Positions 24,671 to 36,122 of a DNA stretch of 64,000 nt are shown one piece after another. A program made the position numbers and the translations under genes. How positions within the stretch are numbered: position 1 is the first letter of the stretch; every line of letters begins with the position of its first letter. Source of the stretch: Lepidodermella squamata (lineage: Eukaryota > Animalia > Gastrotricha); contig JBLDXI010000007.1 in assembly GCA_047495785.1 (NCBI GenBank), forward strand, positions 310,001 through 374,000, written 5' to 3'. The notes below the pieces were generated by a model that ran no database searches, was not told where the DNA came from, and was given only the letters and a program-made list of their open reading frames with translations.

Positions 24671-25323
24671 CACTAAGCCACAAAATTTATACATAGCACT
24701 ATCTAATATTCCCAAACATTATCTAAACCAAAGAAGCCGGGCCTAACTTAGCTAGGCTTTTAACTAAAGTGAGCTGCATAGTTTTGCTGCAAATCTTAAA
24801 AATCAATTTTCTGGGGTGGAATATGGGCTGAGATGGCGATGAAACACGACGGTTGGCCACTAGATACCGAAGGCGGAAAAGTCGGAGTGCACGATCAGGG
24901 CTATTCACAATATTTTAGGACTCCGCTTCCGATTTCTGAAAAGAAGGGGCAGTCCGAGTAAGAGTAGGATCTAAACTCGTCGAGTTGGGAAGGCGACCTT
25001 GGCCGACGACGCCATCCTATGGAAATAGGACTGACGTCAACAGCGTTTGTGTTCACATTTTTATAGGACCTAAATATCGTAATTATTTACGCGGCGCCTG
25101 CTCTCCACTGCCAGCTCTACAGCCTCCCTCGACAAATCAGTACCCTGTTGATCAGCAGACCCATGCTCTTCAAGCCCTCATTGACCTCGTCGGCGTCCTT
25201 GCCTTTGCCCGCGTCGAAGCTATTGACGACGTGTTTGAGAAGGAACTTCACTTTTACAAACTCCATGACATGCAGCCTCAATGTGGCTGAGTACCCTAAG
25301 TTCGTTACGACATTCTGCGGTAA

Positions 25324-25880
25324 CTTCCCTATCGCCGCGGCCCCTTCGAATTTGCAAAAGAGGCACGTCTATTTTGGTGACTTGACGATGCTATTATGAA
25401 GAAGCAGGCATATTATTTTTGTATAATAAAACTATCGCAGATCAGTCAATATTAGGTTGTTAAATCCTCGTAAAACTAAGTGCGTCACTGAATTTTGGTA
25501 AACAAGTTAAACAAGTTAAACAAGTACATATATTTTTGTGTAATAAAACAATCGCAAATCACTGTTGCTACATAATTTCCCGCAAAACTGAGCACGCGAC
25601 CGACTTTTTTAAAGTACCAAGCAAATCAAGTCATCAAGTCGGTTGATGACTCGACCAACTGTGCAAAAACGGCAAAACCGAGTTTTTACTCGTTTGAGCA
25701 CTACTTTGAAGCCATTCAAGAGTTTACTTTATTTGAGGATATTGTCATATGATTGATCAAACAATCAATTTCTCAAGGTCGATTGATTTCATAATTTTTT
25801 CACAACTTCCCAGAAGAGTCTTGACCTACGATTTTAAGCTATTTCACTTTTTCTCTCGCATATGACCTGGGCAAAATAAC
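25324..25880 (+). repeat. Duplicate of the G7 3' coding end, 3' UTR and downstream flank (~22124-22575)
   Basis: TTCCCTATCG..CCCCTTCGAATTTGC[deletion]AAAAGAGGCACGT.TATTTTGGTGACTTGACGATG..TAAAACTAAGTGCGTCACTGAATTTT is shared; weaker similarity continues to ~25880. Confidence 0.85.
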
Positions 25881-25953
25881 TAGACATAATAACTAAATTT
25901 AGATATACCAAAATCCACAACTAGCTTATATGCTATCCCGAATGGAGGTAGAT

Positions 25954-26824
25954 GACGAGAAACCGCAGATTGTAACTACAAAGTCTTATCGATTCAGGGT
26001 TATGTGGGGACACTATACTATAGCTTGACTCCACCAAAGCTTTTGAATATCCAGCAAGATTCCGCATTCCTCACCTCAGATTACCCTACAAAATGCGGAC
26101 AGCGCATAATAAAATAACGTTAGAATTTATTGCATGTGAGGGATTATTAATTGATGCAATAAAAACTCAATTTTTTCAGGCGAACCTTTTTCGGAATTAG
26201 CATTTTTCACTGGTTAGCTTCAAAGCCCAATTTCTCAGCAACCCTAATGACTATTAACCAGGGCTTCTCAACACCTAACCCTTGGCAGGGTTAGGTGTTG
26301 AGAAGCCCTGGTTAATAGTCATTCAGGGTTGCTCGAGAAATTGGGCTTTGAAGCTAGTGGTGGAAAAGATGCTCGAAATTCCGAAATGATGCGTCTAAAC
26401 TATAAAATGTCATCCAATCAACTTCCGCTCTTTCTCAAATTTCTTCAACCTTCCCATGAACAGGGCTCTTATCCGCATTTTCAGCCGGTTTTAAGTCAAA
26501 TAAAGTAGGACGCGAGCGAAGCGAGCTTTAGCTAACGCTATTTTTGAAGCTTTTTTTCTGGAAATGTGCCCAAAAATAAACCAAATATTCGCAATTTTCA
26601 AGTTTAATGAAAATAATCAGGCGACCCCCGCGACACCCCAGCTGACTCGGCGACCCACGGAAAAAGGGGCCGCGACCCCTTAACGAGGACCCTTCCGGGG
26701 TCGCGACCCCCAGTTTGGGAAACGCATAGTTCGACTCCTCCTTAATTGATCTTGAAAGCAACGTCAAAATCTCAAGATGTTAAAATTTTTGCTAAATTCA
26801 ACTTTTCCGTTGCTATAACGGTCA
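25954..26824 (+). repeat. Dispersed repeat (second copy 41821-42236), here interrupted by an insertion at ~26259-26728
   Basis: Shared blocks GCAAGATTCC, GGATTATTAATTGATGCAATAA, TTTCTCAGCAACCCT.ATG.CTAT, and after the insertion GTTC.ACTCCTC.TT.ATTGATCTTGAAAGC. Confidence 0.75.
26259..26728. mobile_element. hAT(Charlie)-like non-autonomous element, rearranged at its left end
   Basis: Left end CAGGGCTTCTCAAC; right end has repeated GCGACCC motifs and GGGGTCGCGACCCCCAGTTTGGGAAACGC, resembling hAT-Charlie termini; absent from the homologous repeat at ~42110. No target-site duplication confirmed. Confidence 0.5.
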
Positions 26825-26855
26825 TATCATAAAACCAGGATATTATAATATCTTA

Positions 26856-27107
26856 TTTTAGCGGAACCAAATATACGGTGAGCGGAACCAAAGTCGAAAT
26901 ATGCAAGAGTCTATGAATTTTAGGCGAAACTAGCGTTCTAAATTGAACACTATGGCTTATAGAGAATGTTACGCTGAAATTACTGATGATTTTTTTTTAA
27001 TTATTGTGGTCAATCTTGACCCGCAAGAAATATCCGAAAAATGATTTTAGGTAACTATATATTCGATCCGTTACTGTAAATTCGGTTCCGTTAAAAGGAA
27101 GACCCTT
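26856..27107. mobile_element. MITE/foldback-like dispersed repeat, copy 2
   Basis: TTTTAGCGGAACCAAATATACGGTGAGCGGAACCAAAGTCGAAATAT...AATTATTGTGGTCAATCTT...GGTTCCGTTAAAAGGAAGACCCTT, collinear with 7001-7323. Confidence 0.75.
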
Positions 27108-28158
27108 ATAAAACGAAAGGAGGGAGATTCAGATCTTCGTCTTTCTATTTCACCTTGATATTCCACCATCTCTAAACTCAGTAGCTACACCTCGCCTTAA
27201 CCTGCTCTCACCTTATTACATTTTATTCACGCGAGTTTTTGGCTTTAATGAAGAAAGAAGTGGAGAATTTGATATAACGTATAACGGAATTTCCTGTTTA
27301 AAAAATCGTCACCGCTACAGTTGTTGTAGCCATCGAAATTACACGCAAGCAATTTGTATGAAAACATGACGACATCAAGGAACCTCGTATCGTGCCAACA
27401 GCGGCAGGGATTTGTAAGCCGGCGACACAAAATTAGCGGGCGGAGTCAAACCCCTGGCTAATACGCATGTCGATCATTAGTTAGGGCGATGCGTGCATAT
27501 AATCTGCGCCTAAATGGTTGTTATTATTTAACCTCCGAATAAATGACAGCGAAATGAAGAAAGCGCGCGCGGGGTTTACAAAACCTCCGCTTTTAAATTG
27601 CCGGCGACGACACGAGCTGCACGCGTCCCCTGGACGCACCTCTCTAGCAGAACGATAAGCGGAGAAAATAAAAGTAAAAAGCTCGAGTTTTTTCACACCG
27701 GCAGAAAAACCTTCCTCTCGTTAGCATAATTTATTGCGTGATTATGCCTTAATAATAATATCTATATAATAATATCCAGCATCGGAGCGGGGAGCAAGCA
27801 GGGAAGCGTTAACACGAGTCTTCATTTATAATCTTAACAGCAATTTTAAGGTGGTTATACGTGTTAATAAAACAGTGCTCCACACTACTAGTACTTCCAT
27901 GCGAATTCATGCATCACACTGTCATCACGTCGTGATAATACAACAACTCCCCATTAAACAGGCTTATACACGAATCCCAAGTGGCCAATTGCCTGCCCAC
28001 TGCCTTCATGCACAGCTGACTGCTGACCTTCATGCTGACAGCTAGTAAAGCTAGTTGCTGCATCATGTCATCATGCTGCAACATGAACTAAATTGATGTA
28101 ACTTGGAGCATTGATGCCTGCTAATTACCCTATTTTGTTATAGGCACACACTATCACG

Positions 28159-29971
28159 ATGATTAACCTAACGGCTGTCGCAGTTTTAGCGCTGGTTCCA
28201 TGCCTTGTGGCTGGTGAGTTGCTTTACAAAATAAATCGCAATGAATTGCAACATTGAACCTTTCAACCAGCTCAACAACCGTCAAATCAGTGCTCGAATT
28301 CGAGAGTTTTCGTGCCGCCAGACGCGAATGACACAGCGCCGTATCCGTTCCAAGAATCCGGTCTCCAGATTTTCACGAATCTCATTATACCCTGTGATGG
28401 TAACAAAATTTCACCAGCAATTTCCCAAGTTTTATCTCATTCCCAATAACAGGAAGCCTTATTGGCTGGAGCTTCCTGCCTGGTCAGCAGTACATACTTC
28501 AGCTTCACTTGGCCGTTTTTAGGCAACGCGCTGATAAAATGTACCAACAAGTTGGCGAGACTTACATTGATCTTAAACGGGGAAATACAAGTGAAGTCTC
28601 AACTTTCCCTGCGATACCTACAATCCCAGTTATGGCCGGGGACGTCATTGGTTGGCTTTATTAAAAAAATTCCGTTCTCATTTTTTTAGAAACTTTCTAG
28701 GGATGTACTACGACAACTTTGCGAGCTTGAATGGTCTTTTAACAATCAAAAGCAACAAATTGCCTAATAATGGCGCGAATCTGCCGACCTATGTTCACCT
28801 GTGGGATCGACCCCTCCTAGCGGCCCGGAACTGTTTGTTACCTAATTTCACAAAATTTCGATTTATTATTTTTGAATTTTTCTAGATTCGGTTGATGTGG
28901 CTACTGCTTCAAAAGAGTCAGTTTTAGGTCGATTTTACATCCAGTTTTACGAGACGATTTTTTAGTTACCGAATTCCCGCTCTTGTTGCGGTTGTTGAGC
29001 CGTCTTTTGCTCCCCCGATCGATATTATACCCACCCTGCCCGCTGTTACTACCTCAACGCGTCGTCCAACGCCCGTCCGCACAAGACCTATGACGACGAC
29101 TCCAGAGCCGACTACGACAACTGAGACTGCGACTACGACGAGGCGAATTATGTCGCGCCGAACAACGACTCGACGGGTGACAACAACAACACGCAGGCAA
29201 ACCAGCACCAAGAGCGTCACACCTGTTCAGGGTATAATTGCCTCAGATTACCCGGATTGGCCTGATATTACTGACTTCACCATTCGCTTTATCGGAACCA
29301 CAAAAGCCAGCACTTCCACGGTTACGAACATGCCGCCTGTTATCTCTTCTGCATCAAGTTCGATCTTTAATACTAAGTTGAGATTTTTTGTAATTTTTCA
29401 AAATTTATTATAGGGTGCATGCAAGATCCAACGTCAGCGCTATTTTGCACCGCACGACAAGTTCGCGCGTTTTACGATTCTGGAACGGGAGTTTGCCGCG
29501 AGTACTTCGGCTGTCCGACATCTGTAGATCAAGGCAACAATTTCAAATCGGCAGCTGAATGCCGAAGCGTATGTACCGGCGAGCAGCAGACTAATGACGA
29601 CGGTTTGTCCCGTTTTTCTATAATTAAGGAGGATTTGTTCAATATTTTTGTTGTCAATAGTTTGCAAGCGTACTCCAACTGCGTTGGAAGTTTGCTTTGA
29701 GAAATCTATTAGGTACTTCTACAATCCGACGAAGCAAGCTTGCATGTCGTTTTACGGCTGCTCGCTCGGAGGCCTGCCAGGCAATAATTTCGACTCATTG
29801 CAGCAGTGCAATCGGTGCAAAGGTCAAGTTGTATTGACCCCGGTCCAAGGCAGTAACGCGCCGCTACCCGTGCCGGCCTCGTCGTCGCAAATTTTTTACC
29901 AGCCAGCCCCGGCTAACTCGATAGTCTACCAAGCACCAGTCGGCCAGAACAATTTTATATTGAGCCAATAA
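28159..29971 (+). CDS. G9: secreted protein; 1x domain X, Thr/Arg-rich stalk, 2 variant Kunitz domains
   Basis: MINLTAVAVLALVPCLVA|; YPFQESGLQIFTNLIIPCDG; LHLAVFR; DYRIPAL; Kunitz CREYFGC and CMSFYGC. Confidence 0.85.
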
Positions 29972-30200
29972 TAAACAGTTACCCTACTATAAATCATTGC
30001 TCCACTTCAGAAGCGACTTTACAAAGCCGGCTGCGTGTTGGAAATCATCTGTTTTAGTTATTGTCGTTTTTTAGCTATTTTTCTATCATTTTTTCGAAAC
30101 GCTTATGATGGGTTGTCGAACGGTTATGCGCATGGTATTAGGCTATAACCACCTATGAAAGACGCACCTAAAAAGTGTGCGTTCATTTTTTGTATTTGAG

Positions 30201-30465
30201 TTGCTGCTGCTGCTGCTGCTGGTTGGAATATTCATCATCATCATCATTCGTCACACGTGTATATGTGTTTGTATACATCCCTCTGTTGTTATATTGTTAG
30301 CAGTTGAAAAAGCTAAATGCCAAAATTTATCACGATGTTGCAGCTTCTTATATATATATATATATATATATTTCATTGACGATTTTTTGTGCTGTCATGC
30401 AACGGCGAAATGAATAAAAATGAAGATGCGTGTTTTTTCGCCCTTCATCATCATCATCATCATCG
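30201..30465. repeat. Intergenic microsatellite cluster (GCT)n, (CAT)n, (TA)n, (CAT)n
   Basis: Directly visible at ~30202-30221, ~30233-30248, ~30349-30371 and ~30446-30463. Confidence 0.9.
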
Positions 30466-30785
30466 CAATTATCATCGTTTTGGTTGGTTTTAAGGCATGC
30501 ACAACTAAGCGCACATGAACCGCTGCTGATGCCGTTAGCTGATGGATAGGATAGGTAGTAGCAATTACGATGCGTTGCCGGCGGCAAAGCCTGCCCCCTA
30601 TATACGTTAACAATGTGATATAGTGATGACCATCATATAACCCCGGCTAGTGTACAGCACGCCTATGACCTATGATATATGTTTGACACGAGCCTGATGT
30701 TACATTCGGCTTAACAGCGCGTTGTGTGTTTAGATATATACAAGTAGGATTCTGGTGTTTAATACAGAAATTTACAATTAAAAGT

Positions 30786-32983
30786 ATGAACTGGTGCCGC
30801 GCCACGCTTGCTTTGGCTTTTTTTGCGGCAACGGCGTTAGGTAAGAGCCGAGGTAGTTAATTACCAGCACGAGAAACATCTTCTGCATTTTTTTCATCAA
30901 GGCCAATTATGCGAAGATGGCGCTGTTAACAGGGTTCCTTACAACTTCGCTGGCGACGAGCCAGAAGCCTACTCCAAGGCAACGTTCAGCTCTGAACTAC
31001 GCGTTTTTTCTACCCTCCGAGTTACCTGTGATGGTAAATTAACAGCATGGCGGCTGATACCTAGATCTAACAGCAACATCACCCGGCTTCACCTTGCTGT
31101 CTTTCGATTACAAGTATAAAAAAACCGATCAATCAAAACCTTGATTTTCATTATCTTTTCTTCAGCCTGATAACTCTACATTCAAATTAATTGGCGAGAC
31201 AGATTTTCAAAACGTCGCCTTTAGGGATGACGAATATGATAGGTGGCAATTTGTGTCAGTTGCTAATCCTATCCAGGTCAAACGTGGCGATTACCTAGGT
31301 AATATTTTTTTTATTTTAATTGTGAGTGGCCCACATTTTTTTAATTAGGTGTTTTCCACGACGCGCTAAACGTTAGGGGCACGCCCTTATACTACCGCGA
31401 ATGCTTGACTGCAAATAGGAGCCCATGTCAATGGGTCCTTAGTATATCAGCCGGGGCCCTTACTCGGTTTGGAAGTGAGTTATACCTTCGTTTTTAACTG
31501 ATTCGATTTTTAAATTAATTTGATATAGATACTATTACGATCACCCCCTTAACGAGAACGGCTAATTTAATGCCGGCCTTGACGGCTATGGTCGTTACGA
31601 ATAACGCGGCTGGTATGTATTCGGGCTTCAAACCGGTTAGCACCCTCAAATTAACCTATGTACATTCTTGCAGCTATTGACTGGAATTTCGTTTTAGACG
31701 CGAAGCCGCCAAGCGACAATAGCAACAACACCAGAAGATGATGACGTGGAGGAGGTTACGGACGAAGAGGAAACCACGGATGAACCGACCACGCCCCCAA
31801 CCCGCCCCACCTTCAGGAGAAGGACCACCTCAACCACAACTACAACTACTACTACAACTACTACAACCACAACGACACCTGTAACCCGGAGAAGGAAAAC
31901 GAGGCGCCCGAGGACTACAACGACCCTTGAGCCGTTGGATTACACCGATGAGACAGAAGAGCCTATAACTACGACTGTCCCGACTACAACCACCCGTCGA
32001 CGGATGACTAGAACAACTCGAAGGACGACCACCACTACTTTACCGAAGACAACAAGGCGTCGTATTCCTTTCACGAAATCAACTCCGAGAAGACTCACAA
32101 CCCCCGTCCCAACCTACCGACTTATTACATCAACCGTTACCAGACCAGCGACTGTTACTGTCGAAATAGTCGATTGGCCGTGGATCAACGGTGCTATGAA
32201 TGCGTTCACCCAACAGCCGGATGATACCTTCACAGATAGAATATCGATAGCTCGAGCCCAGCCGTCGATTCAGCGCGGCCAGGCCTACGACGATGGAACG
32301 GCGTCTGACATGGCGTGGAATCCTGATTGGCAGCCGCCACCTGGGTTCGGCAATGACCTATTCACCGACGCGCCTGTAATGCCGCGGGAATTGCCGACTG
32401 ACCAGCCGCCGGTTATTCCGACACCTCGGCCCCGAATTCCACCATCAGGCGGTAACAACAGGCCTCCGATGCCGTACATTTACGACGTAAATAACGAAGT
32501 TCAACCGCCTGTTATGGCGATAACGAACTCATCGTACTGCCGCAATGACCCGATTGACATGTTGAAGTGCGACGCGTTAATCCAGAGATTCTACTACGAC
32601 GTCGACAAAAAAGCCTGCCGAACTTACTGGGGATGTGGGCCGCTTCGAAATCAACGATTTCCCAACAATTTCGACAGCATTATGCACTGTGTCGAGACCT
32701 GCTACACCCCTCAATCTATCGGTGAGAAATGACATAATTTTCGGGCGAAATTTAATGAATTTTTTCAGATCCCGTTTGTGAAAAATCGCCGTCAATGCTT
32801 GCGTTTTGTACGCAAGACGAAACGCGGTATTACTACGACTCTAACCTGCGGAAGTGTCAATCTTTCACAGGCTGCTCACTTGGCTATCAACTGGGTAACA
32901 ACTTTGCGTCTATGAATGAATGCTCAAGGCGGTGTAGCGGGGCTTTGAAGCCGCGAATTACAGCTGTAGACGCTGATCGATAA
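30786..32983 (+). CDS. G10: secreted protein; 1 divergent domain X, very long Thr/Arg/Pro stalk, 2 variant Kunitz domains
   Basis: MNWCRATLALAFFAATALG|; SELRVFSTLRVTCDGKLTAWRL..LHLAVFR..VKRGDYLG; a phase-0 intron (~31637-31697) keeps frame into ORF 31746-32732; Kunitz CRTYWGC and CQSFTGC. Confidence 0.85.
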
Positions 32984-34058
32984 ATGCTGCATTATATCCT
33001 CTAGCAACAAAACCCAACCTCTTCGATGCTCGGTAGATTTAGTATTTTTTCGACCTTTTCGTAAAGTCAGAAACTTTCTTTTTGGATGATAAAATATTAT
33101 AATGTTTGTCAGTTTTATATTGCTTCAAAAGAAATAAAATAAACAATTGACAGAACTCGTTCAAGGCTTTCTTATTTTAACATATCTAAGGGACGATTAC
33201 CATAGCTTTCCGGTTAATCTCTCGCTTTTTAGTTTATAGTTGATGATCTAAATGAAAGTGGTTGACTCTCGTCGTTAACTCAATAATTTGCATATAAAGC
33301 GAGGTGATCATAAATGCTAATAAGCAAGCGCGTTAAATAAATACCGCGCGCTTCAAGTTTTTTGCGCCACGCAAGGTTTATAGGGAAGGTCAACAACGTT
33401 GTTTAGCCGCCGTGCTTTCGCGCGCAGTTTTTAATGAATTGGTTTTTAATGATATTAGAACGACTTTGAGACAACCTGTTTGCGCTAACGACGGCAAAAT
33501 GTTTTTGCGTGGCTATTTATAATAAGGAAAACCGATATTGAAGTTAATAAGCGTAGCATGAAATGACGACTTCGGTCCCTCACTTATTCTTTACCGTGCC
33601 GTAGAATGAGAAAACAATAAACACTATGTTTTTTTGTGAAATTCTCTGATTGTTTGTTGCTGCGGCGGTCCGTTTTCTTGAATCTGGCTTAACGATGACG
33701 AGCAGGAGAAATCCGGCCACGAGACAACAGTTCGCACTACCGTGGAGTTGTCAACCCACTGTCAATTTCAACAAGACCGCCGCGTGTCGTCTTTTTCTTC
33801 GCTGCTTTTGTTCGCGCACGCGGAAACTGACTGCGCGCGCGCGCCGAGCGAGACACGGAGCGCGCATAATCCAACGCGCTTTTCTTAGACCGCAGCAGCA
33901 CGCGCGCGCGCTGATTTCGACTGTGTCATTATCTTAATGCGCCATGCGCTGCAACAATGCAACGCGCTCGAATTGTTGTTTTTTTTTGCGATATATTGCT
34001 TTTCATTGACGTGTGTTTCGTCGAAATGCTCGCATAGTAGGTCTTTATTGCCTTTAGA

Positions 34059-35795
34059 ATGTTACATTCATTAGTGGCTGCATCCGCCCTAATTCTGTTA
34101 TCGACATACCAGGCGAAAGGTATACTTCGAACTCCTTATATTCCTGGCAATAATCTGACCGATTTTTTCCGAATTATTCAACAGCAGCGACAGATGAGTG
34201 TCCGCTCAATGGCACATACGTTCCAGCTGGTTATGAAATAGACATGTTGTCAGAGTTTAGCTACGTCGAGGCGGGGCTTCAAATCTTTCGCGGTTTAGTC
34301 GTTAGTTGCGACGGTCAGTTTTTTCGAAATACTCGATCTTCCAGTAACTTTTTTTTATCATTTTAGGAATCCTCGCGCAATGGCGGTTTATTCCTAGAAG
34401 TTCTTTTTCCTATTAAAGCTTTATTTCGTTTTTTATCGAGTTGAATTTTTAAGATCGAATGATCATCGGGCTGCATTTGGCAGTTTTCCGAGAGCGGCAC
34501 AATCAGTCGCTGACCTTCGATATTGTCGGCGAAACTTACATTAACAGCGTCACTTTGCCGGAAGACGCGCCGGGAAATTGGATTTTCTACCCCATTTCAT
34601 CGCCACTCGCAGTTCAAAAAGGCGATCTTTTAGGTAAAAAAACCCCCGAAAAATACTAATTAATTGCTATATTATATCAATTTTTTTATAGGCTATTATT
34701 ACGACGCAATTCAAACTCCAGTCGACTTATTGACAATAGCAAATGACCTAATTCCTTACCCGACGATTAACACTCCAGTGACTTATGTTTTGCTCAAAGA
34801 CTTCTCGTCAAATGTCCGGAAATGTTCGGTTTTCAAGCCCCGAATTTCCCATTTCTAATTTTCTAAATTTTGTAGATCCTATCGATGTATCCTCCGCATC
34901 CGTTCAGTATCGAAATCCTGCCCTTACGGCTATTATCAGCCCAAGAATGTCCGTACAGAATATTGAACCGGTCAAGACTACAAAGCGACGTTTATCTCGC
35001 AAATTTTCTTCACCTACAACCCCGACTACAGAGCCACCGACAACTACCACGGCTGCGATTCCAGAGTTACCACAAGCTGAAGTATACGTGAATACAGCTC
35101 TAGAGCAGCCAGTGCAAAGCATGCCGTTTTTATTCCCCAACGAAGCCGTTCAAATGCCAGTAACTGCCCCGCCGGTGGAGGAATTGGCGAATAACCACGT
35201 TGAACTGGCTGATGTAGCCTATGGCGCGTATAAAATAAGCGGAGATATGCCGTTTGTTCGGCCTGATGCTATCCCGACTAGAAAGTTCACTACAACATCT
35301 TGGCGAACTCCTATCCTACTCTCAATCCATTATAGTAATAATTTTGATTATGGAACTTTTTTCTCTTAATTTTCTTCGAATTTTACAGGGTGTCTAGGAG
35401 CTGTAAGTAGCGAAGAGGCGTGTTACTTCAAGAATACGCGGTTTTATTTCGATTACGACACCGCCTCATGCCAGCAACGCTTAGGGTGTCCACTACCTGA
35501 AGCTGAGCAAAGTTACTACAACAACTTTGTCAGTTACGAGCAATGCGTCAGAATTTGCCTACCAGCCCAGCCTATCACGCTGCCGCCATCAATCGACAGC
35601 TACCAAGACCAGGCAGCGTTCAGTTATTACAAAAATAATCAACAAGCGGATCAATCTCAGGCGCCTGTTAAGACTGTTACGAATAATAATAACGCGAAGA
35701 AGACCCATGTGATCCAATCAAGGCAGCAACAGGTGTTCGACGACAAGATGCCTCTTCAAAAGCTGTTGCCTAGCTTTTTGAGGGGGATTTTTTGA
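34059..35795 (+). CDS. G11: secreted protein; 1x domain X, Thr/Pro stalk, 1 variant Kunitz domain, Q/N-rich tail
   Basis: MLHSLVAASALILLSTYQAK|; VEAGLQIFRGLVVSCDG; last exon CLGAVSSEEACYFKNTRFYFDYDTASCQQRLGC..NNFVSYEQCVRIC..SFLRGIF* (TGA 35793-35795). Confidence 0.85.
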
Positions 35796-36122
35796 AATTT
35801 CCAGCTTCGTCGTGTTGTGAAAACAAAAATCAAATAATATCGGCTCTCTGCATGTATATCGTCATACTATCCGCTGGCGCAATTACTTATCCTGGAAGCT
35901 AAAAGCTTGAACGTTATTTCCGCATCTTATTATATAGATCCCATTGAATTTTTGTTAGAACGCTAAAAAAAGGAAATAAATGAGAATGAAAGGATTTCAA
36001 TAATGACACGGATGTCGAAGCGCAACAACAACCTGTTGTAAACAAAAGCGTGTAATTGACCTGTTTTGTATGTATTAAGACGGTCCTATAAGCAAAATTG
36101 TTTGTTAGTTAATTTTTACGAG

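Noticed and set aside
31613-31745. Apparent premature stop in G10 if the donor at ~31613 (GCT G|gtatgt) is used
   Set aside because: A downstream phase-0 donor (CCG|gttagc, ~31637) joined to gttttag|ACG gives an intact frame and a normal-sized intron, so G10 is not called a pseudogene.
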